Below are positions 12,101 through 18,798 of a DNA stretch of 64,000 nt, one piece after another (the first letter of the stretch is position 1; every line of letters begins with the position of its first letter). Source of the stretch: a virus; IMG/VR virus record IMGVR_UViG_3300022925_000005; one strand, given 5' to 3'. The notes beneath the pieces are model-generated. The model saw nothing but the letters and a program-made list of their open reading frames with translations. It was not told the DNA's origin and did not search any database. Position numbers and translations under genes: made by a program.

Positions 12101-15100
12101 TTTAGGAATACCCACTGTTGATATTGGATTACCCTTTGAATCAGTTCCAATCGTTTCTTCAGTTGTAATCGAACTACCACTTTGAATAATTTTTATTACA
12201 GTATCAAAGCTAGATGTTACCACATTTGTAGTTTCACCAGTTGCTACAATGGATGAGGTGATTTGGGTAATTCCACTAACGTTTAGTGGATTTTCCAAAT
12301 TCCAAATATAATCCTCAGAATTACCAGCAATAGAACTCAATACCGAATCAGTACCATATCTAATAATATCCTCAATTAAACCAAATGATTGAGAAACAAT
12401 AGTTACCTCCGAATCAGTTGCATCAATTGAACCAGTTGTTGGTGTAAAGCTTGTTACTCTAATATTACCATCAACATTCAATATTACTTGTGGAGTTTCC
12501 AATACAATAGATTGAGCTACTGCTTTTGTGAATTCCTTAGTATATCTAATTGCTTCTAAGGTTTCCTCTAATTGAGTTGTATTAGCAATCGATGGATATA
12601 AGAAATAATATAATCCAGCTAATTCACTTCTTTCGTTTCCACCATAAAGTAAATCAGTTAATACGTTATCAATTATATAACCAACATCTCTTCTACATTT
12701 AACTCTATCATAAGAGAAGTTTGGATACTGAGTATCAATATATGTTATTGTTTCACTTTGTATTAGTGAACGATTTTCTTTTATAAGATTAACCGCATTA
12801 AGTACGGATGCTGATGCTGTTACAAATGTATCATTGTTAGCTAACTTTTCGGTAATACGTTTTGCGTATTTTACACCATCCAAAGTTTGTTGTAACTGAC
12901 CAACAGTTCTATTATCAACAGTTGCCAATGATGGATATTTGTAATAAAACTCACCAGCGGTTACACTTCGTTCGTTACCACCATAATGAATATCGGTTGC
13001 TACCGCATCTAAGATATAACCAACATCCCTACTACAACTTGCTTCGTTATATTCAAACTCACTCCAAGATGAAGAAATGTATGCGATAGTCTCTGCTTTA
13101 ACAAAATCTTTGTTTTGATAGATGATATCATATGCATTATCTAACTCAACAGAGGGTTCCGTAAACACCTTACCACCTAATATATTGATTGCCAACTCAC
13201 TAGCATACTTTACGCCGGTTAATGTTGGGTCTTTTTCAGTTGTTGTTGCGTTTGATGGGAATTGATAGTAGTAAACACCACTACGAATTGATTCCTCATT
13301 TCCACCAAATAATAAATCATGTGCTGAAGATGAGATTATAAATCCAACATCCCTTTTACAGGTTTCTTGATTATATGAATGGTCACTCCAAGAAGAACTT
13401 AAATATGCAATAGTTTCATCTTGTATGAATGGTATATTTTCAATTAATAATGTATATGCGTTTTGAATATCAACAGATGGATTTTCAACCGAGCTACTTA
13501 AAATAGTAGTTGGTAGTGAACCAGTTCCGTTTGCCAAAATATCATATACAATTGATAACGATGAACTTACATATTCAATCGTTTCCAATGATGAAGTTAC
13601 ATCAGTTTCATATATAGGAGTTTCCGTAAGTTTATAACTTGCAGATGCGTTACTATCAATATCAGGTGAAAATGTTAATCCATTTTCTATAATACTAATT
13701 ACCGTATCAAATCTATCAACTATTCTCTGAGATGTATCGGATTGAACTGCAAATGTTGAATATTGTTCAATATCACTTACCTTAATAGAAGAAGAAACAT
13801 TATCTATCTGAACATAAGATGCCGTTGCAGCGTTACCTCTATCAATGATATCTAATGTGATATCAAAATTAGTATCAATAAATTCAATATCATCAGATGA
13901 TGCAGTTGCTACATTTGTATATTGAGTATCACCACTTACATTATATAAAGAAGTTGGTCCGTATCCACCCTTACCACTTTTAGCAAGTAATTTAGGTACA
14001 TTAGTTATACCATCCTCCACAATTGAACTCACAAGTCTAAAATCAGATTTAACCCTTTCAGCCACATCTATTGTAGAATCTTCTGAGATGAAATATTGTG
14101 GTACCTCATTTGGGTCGGTAATTCTCCTACCCTCAAATGTATTTGGAACTAAATCAGGTATAGATGATAACCCATTCTTAATGGTATCAACAATAATTGA
14201 GTAGTTATCTTGTACGTTAAAAAATGCATCAGCATTACCACCACTACCAGTGATAAAACGTGAACCAGACGCATACATACCATAATCACCGAACGAAGTG
14301 TTTGAGTTAAGTAGTACCGCTTGACCACCATCGATTACCTTTACCGAATATGCTGAGAAGTTGGTGAAGAAAGATACCAACTGAATGAACCCCCTACCAA
14401 CAACTTGACAACCTACACCATTTGGTGCGATTTGTGTATATGCATCCAATACCATTGAAGCAAGTGGTGAATCGGGGTGTATTCTATTACCATCCACATT
14501 CAAACCACCACCCCCAGCAGGAATCTCCTCATACTTTTCTAAGAATGAGTTCTCTTGATTAGAAATCATCGAACAGTTCTGAACGTATGGTGATGTTGTG
14601 ATAAATGCGTTTGGTGCGAATGCCACAGCGAATCCCTTTTCAGATACATCAACCGATGGGAATACTCTAAGATTACCAAATGTCATTTCAGATAAGTAGT
14701 TACCACTATTTACCCAAAATAAATCTTCATTTTCGTTTTTAGCAAGTACTTTAGTTACCCTCAAACCACTTCCCCACACAGTTGTGTTCTTTGGAAGTTC
14801 AATTGGATTATCTTCTAAATATGTACCAGTATCAACCTTAATAGCAAAACCAGTAAATAGTGAACCAGTTGGTAAACCATATCTACCATCATCACCATCG
14901 GTTGCAATCTTAGCTGCTTTTTTAATTGTTCTTAGTGGAAATTGTGGTGTTCTACCATCATTATCATCACTACCATTAGTAGATGATACATAAAGAGTTG
15001 CATCACTTTCCCCAAATTCTTTTGCTAGTATCCCACCAAATCTCTGCGAATCCACAGACTCATCAGCAAATGATGCGGTTGCATCTAATCTATTTGCAGC

Positions 15101-15310
15101 ATTTGCAAATGCCAATGGCCCATCAATTGTTAATGAACCAGTAATTTCAACCGAACCAGTTACTCGTTGAGGTGTTGTTAAATCACTACCAATATCTATA
15201 CTTTGAGATACTAAGAGTGAACCAGATATAAAGACAGAATTATTAACAGATATACTATCCTTAAAAATATTAACTTCTTCAATCTGTTTTTGTGGTATTA
15301 ATCTAGCCAT
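3137..15310 (-). CDS. Giant virion protein: beta-helix-like N-terminus, array of 21 phycobiliprotein-like cores plus 21 helix repeats, degenerate cupredoxin insert
   Basis: 4057-aa ORF. The N-terminus has YVSSTNGSDDNDG..PLRTIKKAA and GTYLE, typical of the start of a pectate-lyase-like beta-helix. There are 21 CxRD..GGNERS-type units, and the gene sits in the structural operon after the neck genes. Confidence 0.85.
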   Translation of the reverse strand: MARLIPQKQIEEVNIFKDSISVNNSVFISGSLLVSQSIDIGSDLTTPQRVTGSVEITGSLTIDGPLAFANAANRLDATASFADESVDSQRFGGILAKEFGESDATLYVSSTNGSDDNDGRTPQFPLRTIKKAAKIATDGDDGRYGLPTGSLFTGFAIKVDTGTYLEDNPIELPKNTTVWGSGLRVTKVLAKNENEDLFWVNSGNYLSEMTFGNLRVFPSVDVSEKGFAVAFAPNAFITTSPYVQNCSMISNQENSFLEKYEEIPAGGGGLNVDGNRIHPDSPLASMVLDAYTQIAPNGVGCQVVGRGFIQLVSFFTNFSAYSVKVIDGGQAVLLNSNTSFGDYGMYASGSRFITGSGGNADAFFNVQDNYSIIVDTIKNGLSSIPDLVPNTFEGRRITDPNEVPQYFISEDSTIDVAERVKSDFRLVSSIVEDGITNVPKLLAKSGKGGYGPTSLYNVSGDTQYTNVATASSDDIEFIDTNFDITLDIIDRGNAATASYVQIDNVSSSIKVSDIEQYSTFAVQSDTSQRIVDRFDTVISIIENGLTFSPDIDSNASASYKLTETPIYETDVTSSLETIEYVSSSLSIVYDILANGTGSLPTTILSSSVENPSVDIQNAYTLLIENIPFIQDETIAYLSSSWSDHSYNQETCKRDVGFIISSSAHDLLFGGNEESIRSGVYYYQFPSNATTTEKDPTLTGVKYASELAINILGGKVFTEPSVELDNAYDIIYQNKDFVKAETIAYISSSWSEFEYNEASCSRDVGYILDAVATDIHYGGNERSVTAGEFYYKYPSLATVDNRTVGQLQQTLDGVKYAKRITEKLANNDTFVTASASVLNAVNLIKENRSLIQSETITYIDTQYPNFSYDRVKCRRDVGYIIDNVLTDLLYGGNERSELAGLYYFLYPSIANTTQLEETLEAIRYTKEFTKAVAQSIVLETPQVILNVDGNIRVTSFTPTTGSIDATDSEVTIVSQSFGLIEDIIRYGTDSVLSSIAGNSEDYIWNLENPLNVSGITQITSSIVATGETTNVVTSSFDTVIKIIQSGSSITTEETIGTDSKGNPISTVGIPKNSYGDNLVTTTIGTTIPSDITLVKNTEAGILFGDGVQITSSISVDSSNISKVSSSFSIVSDIIKYGISGSLSIVGSSDTSTYFEVVTLEDGSFNINKTQLQKFDDVDGRILGENTGSFDDSVKDPTLTLKRGDLYTFSINSLNNINAIPTETEPFFITTQRSIDSKYRYNSGVTNNGTTFGTITFIVPFDAPDTLFYVNGNDINAGGVINIVDELPLSDTQRYVNVPSLGSFEVITNNVDNIKVTDLSQYSSEVTASISESFDISSSFSNVIDILSNGVGVIPTISKNASGNIKKTSLTQYTSSVDSTDGIINTITSSFNNVMNVIQNGTGSIPTLIENTTDLIKVSSVTQITSSLSGSNTEVVNVSSSFAIVLDILGKGIDSLPIEVSNTNSNIKFYSAEQFTGSLSGSLEDISFVSSSISIVSSIISYGSGSYLTASNYGAISTNPSTIAAYEIIKENIPFIQNETIAYLSSSWSTASYNEASCSRDVGLIVSGAAEDLLYGVYSSSIVNGKFYLEYPSEAETSQLNQTLDGIEYASKLTQNLIQNIEFVTASTEVSASYNLIRNNREFIKEETISYLSSSWSTFDYNEVTCKRDVGHIIDAVSTDLLYGGNERSLNAGVFYYQYPSEATSSQLDQTKDGINYARRLVENIVVGNQFAAAPFSRTNGYDLLFNNKEFIQNEVTEYISSSWSEFEYNDVTCRRDVGYIIDAVATDLLYGGNERSNKAGEFYYLYPSTATTSQLDPTIDGVGYAKNLSIELLQNNVFVTASQQTIEVSNLISENRSLVQNEVIAYISSSWSNFEYNEASCSRDVGYILDAVTTDFYYGGNERSSKAGEFYYLYPSSATVSGSESPNVDAQLYPTVDGVKYAQRLTNKLINNVTLVTASIERQTVHSLMVDNRELIQSEVISFMSSSWSNFQYDDIKCRRDVGYIVDAVATDVLYGGNERSVTAGEFYYLFPSEATTIQSDQTITGITHAAGLADKIIQSTLLVNADSETISAYNSMLDNKELIQNNVTEFIDQLYPYFTYDRVKCRRDVGYIIDAVATDLLWGGNERSIVAGDYYYRYPSKTTSLELTETTMAIEYAKLIVNKLITNVELVVPSISLNTNNNIRFNDTEQYSGSLAISGSSLTDISSSFSVVVDTIQNGLVSLPTEFKNIESLTKVTDATQVTESVSANEQLVSSSYAVVLDILQNGVEVIPTLVENTNGNIKATSTTQITSASAAGATEITKVSSSFALVERIVEGGVDELETIVYNTAGNIKVGNVSQYIGGVGGNSSDVTAISESISIVTDIIQNGTGSLPTIIEYTTPSTDVNTLAAYEILKQNIGFIQSETIAYLSSSWSTASYNEASCSRDVSLIVSGAAEDLIWNSNSASIMNGYYYYLFPSQAQGAQLNQTLDGVFYASRLAQKLIQNVVFESPSTARIAAFDLLRDNTELIQNETIAYLSSSWSGHSYNETTCKRDVGYIIDAVRTDILYGGNERTNKAGEYYYLYPSNATGSELIQTLDGINYAGRLVQKVVQNTTLSNPSTSVVNSYNSILDDKSTIQSKVIAYLSSSFPTHQYNESKCSRDVGYIIDAVATDLFYGGNERSIEAGRFYYLYPSQATGYQIEETVAGIEYAQRLTEVSSKNKGTQIGIVSASIDLINDVIRLGSDNIPFAIAKNFQTSELDTPQNLTTGRYVTASGDYEVGNELAIVSSSFLQINDIIENGIDILPTLVLNTENTIKVTNLTQFTSSLSGTSAEITKVSGSVAIVENIVQNGLSVLPTIVENNTNINNLIKVGSVEQYVSASGADKIQSKIVSSSFGLVIDGLTNGTGSLPTIIEYTERVDAPKTVLAYNLIKENIEFIKEETIQFMSSSWSNFVYNEASCSRDVGLIVSGAAEDLINNSNSASIVNTKFYFEYPSDATGSQLDQTVTAIRYASNLVQNIVRNYEYVTASAEVSSSYNLLVENKEFIVSESIQFVSSSWSDFDYNQNTCGRDVRYIVDAVATDLLYGGNERSVTAGRYYYEYPSSAIVGGVPSATQQKDPTVTAINYVSGLVTKLVGGSVFVTSSNEVEYVYDALRLNREFIQNETIAFVNAKYPNLQYNEASCKRDTGFIVDAVATDLRWGGNQRSLTAGEFYYRFPSQATNVQLGETTDAVTYASDLVKEIVLKNTLSIPTLTENSANNIKVTSATQTLGVGTSDEYTLNAVSSSFGIVMDIVLNGIGSLPTISEYTQSLNDTEVSEAYSLLKSNIPFIQSEVIAYISSSWSGFAYNEASCSRDVGLIVSGAAEDLLFGSVSASVTNGEFYYLYPSDATGSQLNQTLDGIRYASRLANNIIQSVTYVTSSIENVTSYNLLRDNKEFIQSESIAYISSSWSTFGYNEETCKRDVGYIVDAIATDILYGGNERSVTAGDFYYRYPSNATTSELEPTTTGIEYAGDLAEKIIVNEVFVSPSVERIAGNETLLNNRLFIQNEVISYISSSWSNFEYNEASCSRDTGYIVDAVATDLLYGGNERSRTAGEFYYKFPSSATVAGSESPNVNAQLYPTIDGIRYANGISQKLVQNIEFVTSSNEVSSSWNLLRDNKEFIQNEVIAYVSSSWSGVFYNEDKCKRDVGYLIDAAATDMYYGGNERSVTAGSFYYLFPSSATEKGVPSTTAQLDPTVDGIRYAGKLSTKVIKNEPFVQPSASVLVGADLLVGNKELIQKETIAFLSSSWSEFEYNEASCSRDLGYIIDAVRTDLVYGGNERSVQAGTFYYYIPSVATTEQKPQTTDGIDFAKGLSEKVILKEQLVRAPFQTRESVDYLIASKKELQSIAISYTNGAFPGFEYNEEKCYRDTGFIVDAIATDLYYGGNERSIAAAESYYTGVYGSAAEVITNQQYETADVNRYLRTQFQRIVRNSPLEEFGSLIITTGHDFSYAGSGVTYKALPPNQGGAGIPDPDKEITEIAGGRVFFTSGNELGDFRIGTGLVINQATGTLQGRTFSRSLFSLVTPFSLALEG
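3440..14215 (-). repeat. Two interleaved coding repeat families: about 110-aa cores (x21) and about 50-aa helix units (x21)
   Basis: Core consensus is NxEFIQxExIAYxSSSWSxxxYNExxCxRDVGYIVDAVATDLLYGGNERSxxAGxFYYxYPSxAT..T.DGI.YA. Helix consensus is VSSSFxIVxDIIxNG. Both were counted by hand. Confidence 0.9.
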
Positions 15311-15696
15311 TATACTATTTGTGTAATTTTACCTTTAATTTCAAAGTCAGTCTCAACCACATCAGCTGGAACTCTTGTTATACTTTCAGTAAAAGTTATT
15401 GTAATTGAAGTATCATCAAATGTTACATCATAATTTTCACTTTGCTTCACTCCATATAAATATACATCTAAGTAATCTTTTGAATCTGAAACTACTAAAT
15501 CTTCATACACAAATCGATACCCATCCAATACCAAAGTAAATAATGTTTCGGTATCACCATCAAGTGATATAGATGTAGGAGTTACCTCAAAAATAAAAGT
15601 ATCTTCAATAACTTCTAATACAAAGTTTTTGAAGAATTGCCTATCTCTTCGTTTAGTGATATTACCTAAATCTATGTTTGGTTTTTTTCTTGCCAT
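15310..15696 (-). CDS. Small structural protein, paralogous to the C-terminal extension of the tail terminator
   Basis: 128 aa; DYLDVYLYGV..YDVTF..ITITF..DFEIKGK; translationally coupled to its neighbours. Confidence 0.7.
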   Translation of the reverse strand: MARKKPNIDLGNITKRRDRQFFKNFVLEVIEDTFIFEVTPTSISLDGDTETLFTLVLDGYRFVYEDLVVSDSKDYLDVYLYGVKQSENYDVTFDDTSITITFTESITRVPADVVETDFEIKGKITQIV

Positions 15697-16070
15697 TATG
15701 ATATATTTTCTAAATCACCCTCAATTATTACCACATCACCAATTTCGAATGACCATGGTTGTCCATAATTTGGGTCATTTGGATTTTCAATAATTGCTGG
15801 GAAGTTTTCTCTAATAAATTTTATATGAAAATCATTTCCAACTTGCTTAAATTTATAATCTCTTGGTGCTATAAATCCACCATTTACAAATACATCAAAT
15901 CTACTATCAGAATTTCTCTTAGATTCTAATCTACTATCTAAAGTTTTTAATCTACAATTATTAGCTTTATAAATCCAATACAATTCATGTGTTAGATTTA
16001 CAATTTCCATTGTAAACTCATTGGGTTGATTAACCTCTTTCATTATATTTTTAAGAGTCTTTATGTTCAT
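15696..16070 (-). CDS. Small structural protein, same domain family
   Basis: 124 aa; RFDVFVNGGF..YKF..FHIKF..GDVVIIEGD. Confidence 0.7.
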   Translation of the reverse strand: MNIKTLKNIMKEVNQPNEFTMEIVNLTHELYWIYKANNCRLKTLDSRLESKRNSDSRFDVFVNGGFIAPRDYKFKQVGNDFHIKFIRENFPAIIENPNDPNYGQPWSFEIGDVVIIEGDLENIS

Positions 16071-17131
16071 AATTGCTCGTATTTTCCAACAATATCAACT
16101 TCATCATTTTCATCTAAATCAAATCCTAATTCAGAGTTGAATGTAAATATAATTTCATCATCGGTACCATTAAAAGAATATGTGTAATTTGATGCGGGTC
16201 TGAATTCTGAATTAACATATACCCTAAACCAATTTAACGTATCAAATGAACCAATCAGCTCAACAGGTAAAATTGGTAATCTAACATTTGTCAATGTAAC
16301 AGTTGTGGCATTTGTAAATTCAGCTCTTTGAGAACTTCGTATTGCCACAAAATCAATTACCGATTGATATTCATTGTATATGTTAGGATTTGTAAATGAT
16401 GTACCTGTTAAATCAGTCTCAACACCCCACATCACTTTCTTTGGTGTAAATGATTTCTTAACAGTTGGTTTATCATCATAAGTTTCAGGTAATAAATAAG
16501 CGTTAGTCACCATTGTGAATGATGTTCTAATTATTCGTTCCGAACCTTCACCAACTTCTTGCTGATTATCAAATGAATCAATACGAGTTCTAAACTTATA
16601 TCCATTTTCAGTACCCCAATACCTATCAGTAGCATATTGGAATTGTTCTACAATAGTATTCATATGTTCGGTAAATGATGTCCAAATCATTACCTCATAT
16701 GTTACAGTTACATAATCTGGAACCGATACCTCATATTGTTCAGTTGCTCTACTTGCACCAGTTTGTAAAGTAAATCGTTCGTATCTATTATGTTTAGAAT
16801 ATTTTTTGTAAGCAGGTAATGTATTTACATCTTTAAACTGAGCCATTCCATCTTGCCTATCAATGGAGTTTCGTTTAAACATTACCAATGGTAATTGAAT
16901 CCTACCTCTACTATCTCTTAGATATCCGTTTGTTCGTGCATTATTCCAACGTTCAGCGTTACCATATAAAAGAGGAATTTTAACTTGATTTCCGTTCTCC
17001 TCCACTGTTGGAATAATAGAATCAACCATATATTCGGCAATAGTTGTATCTATATCAATAAGCTGAACACCCTTAGTGAACTCCTTACTGATACTTATTT
17101 GATTTGCTCTATTTGTTTCTCGCTTATTCAT
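16067..17131 (-). CDS. gp15: Tail terminator/completion protein (T4 gp15-like) with a C-terminal extension
   Basis: KIPLLYGNAERW, IQLPLVMF, VPDYVTVTYEVMIWT..HMNTIVEQ; follows the gp13- and gp14-like genes. Confidence 0.75.
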   Translation of the reverse strand: MNKRETNRANQISISKEFTKGVQLIDIDTTIAEYMVDSIIPTVEENGNQVKIPLLYGNAERWNNARTNGYLRDSRGRIQLPLVMFKRNSIDRQDGMAQFKDVNTLPAYKKYSKHNRYERFTLQTGASRATEQYEVSVPDYVTVTYEVMIWTSFTEHMNTIVEQFQYATDRYWGTENGYKFRTRIDSFDNQQEVGEGSERIIRTSFTMVTNAYLLPETYDDKPTVKKSFTPKKVMWGVETDLTGTSFTNPNIYNEYQSVIDFVAIRSSQRAEFTNATTVTLTNVRLPILPVELIGSFDTLNWFRVYVNSEFRPASNYTYSFNGTDDEIIFTFNSELGFDLDENDEVDIVGKYEQL

Positions 17132-17586
17132 TAGATAACTCTCATTTCAGTTTGAATAGAACTTCTTCTAGTCATAAATGTTGAACATACAATTGAGAAT
17201 TTCTCAGAACTTTGTCCACCAACTAATTGGTCCTCTCTCACATTATCGATTTCAAAATATGCATCATTATGCATTATAATATCACCAATCTCTGGATAGA
17301 AGTTCTTATCCTTCAACGTAAAGCGATTAAATCTGAATTCTACATTCTGACCTGAATCCGAACCGAATCCTTCATATGATACACTACTATCATCTCTATC
17401 AATTACGGCAGAACATTCAGTTCCTTGATAATATGTTTTATTTAGGGATTCCCCATACAGGTTTGTTGATATATCTTCAATGGCAAGTTTAAATAGAACA
17501 ACAGTTGTTTCAATAACCGCATCCACTAACTCCCTTGAGATTCCTTCAAAGAATCTTATATCTCTATCTAATGCAAATCTTGGCAT
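17131..17586 (-). CDS. gp14: Neck/head-closure protein (T4 gp14-like)
   Basis: NLYGES, PEIGDII, YFEIDNV motifs; lies between the gp13- and gp15-like genes. Confidence 0.7.
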   Translation of the reverse strand: MPRFALDRDIRFFEGISRELVDAVIETTVVLFKLAIEDISTNLYGESLNKTYYQGTECSAVIDRDDSSVSYEGFGSDSGQNVEFRFNRFTLKDKNFYPEIGDIIMHNDAYFEIDNVREDQLVGGQSSEKFSIVCSTFMTRRSSIQTEMRVI

Positions 17587-17592
17587 ATCTTA

Positions 17593-18738
17593 TTATCCGG
17601 TATAAATCGATAATGGAACTTTTCTCAACATCTCTTGTTGATAGTTAGATTCATTGTTTCTAATTTCAAATTGAGTCTTTCTACTCAACTCTTCTAAGTT
17701 TTCTCTTAGTTGTTCAATCAAATTATCCTTTTCAGTTTGGGCCTCAGCTCGTAAAGCTGCGCCATCTAAAGATATTTCAGAACCTGGAATTGGAACTGAA
17801 CTATATTTTTCTCTGATTGCTCCTAATAGTTCTTTTGTAAGAGCAAGTGTATATTTTCTAATCCATTGTTTACCAACATCATTTATGTATTGATATGGGA
17901 TAAAATCATATCCAACGTTTGAGTAATCTGAAATTACATCAGGTTTTATAGTTGTTGAATTCTCAACAAATTCATTTCTTACAAAATATTCAAAAAACAT
18001 TCTACCATTTGTAGTTGGTATTGGGAATATTTGTAATTTATTATTTGTAATGTTAAATGAGTGTGCTGATTTACGAATTTCATCATTAAATTCAATTGCC
18101 TGAATTCTAAGTATATCTTCATAAACAGGCATTAAGATAAATTGTGCGGCTGGTGAGAATGAACCGAATCCAAACTCATCAATCAAATTAAGAGTACCTT
18201 GCCCACTTACCGAATAAGGGTCAAAGAATCTATTGATTGCTGGAGTTGCTTCATGGAATACCTTAACTACATCAATTCTATTACCATTTTCAGAAGAACT
18301 AGCGAATAGTTCTAAATCATATGTTTGCTGACCAGCTACAACTTCAATGTAATCGGTTTTGATATCAGTATTACCACCCACACCAACTAAAGTACCATAG
18401 GCATCAGAAATACCAATCAATGTTGGTAAGAAAGAACCCTCTACTAATTTTTGTGAATAATTTTCACCCGTTGGTACACCTTTAAGTACATCGAGGTTAT
18501 TTCTGATATTAAATTGGTTTACTTGTGCCGCATATTCCGCAGTTGCTTCCTCAAAGCATGAGTAAAAACTTTCATCAACTAATTCAACATTTTGTATTGG
18601 ATATCCCAATCTTTTTGCACACCAATTGGCAATTTTAGGTGCATCAGTTTGAAAAACTGTATCACTATCAAATGTGCCAAATGGAGTATCTCCTACTGAG
18701 AACGATGATGAGCCAGGGTATATGTATTCTACTGCCAT
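17593..18738 (-). CDS. gp13: Neck/head-tail adaptor (T4 gp13-like)
   Basis: KRLGYPIQNVEL, WIRKYTLALTKELLGAIREKY, IPGSEISLDG. Confidence 0.85.
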   Translation of the reverse strand: MAVEYIYPGSSSFSVGDTPFGTFDSDTVFQTDAPKIANWCAKRLGYPIQNVELVDESFYSCFEEATAEYAAQVNQFNIRNNLDVLKGVPTGENYSQKLVEGSFLPTLIGISDAYGTLVGVGGNTDIKTDYIEVVAGQQTYDLELFASSSENGNRIDVVKVFHEATPAINRFFDPYSVSGQGTLNLIDEFGFGSFSPAAQFILMPVYEDILRIQAIEFNDEIRKSAHSFNITNNKLQIFPIPTTNGRMFFEYFVRNEFVENSTTIKPDVISDYSNVGYDFIPYQYINDVGKQWIRKYTLALTKELLGAIREKYSSVPIPGSEISLDGAALRAEAQTEKDNLIEQLRENLEELSRKTQFEIRNNESNYQQEMLRKVPLSIYTG

Positions 18739-18798
18739 TTATTATTCCTCTCTTTAATATCTTATCTATAAATATAAAGAAAAAGAAGAATAGGTGTT

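Noticed and set aside
3600-13400. Recurring near-identical 25-35 bp sequences (e.g. acatctctactacaacttgcttc) resembling a CRISPR array or DGR repeats
   Set aside because: Spacing is over 300 bp, they are in-frame with synonymous variation, and no cas or reverse transcriptase gene is present.
3137-15310. Cyanobacterial host inferred from the phycobiliprotein-like repeats
   Set aside because: Promoters match the Bacteroidota consensus and no photosynthesis or bilin genes occur in the window. The host remains unproven.
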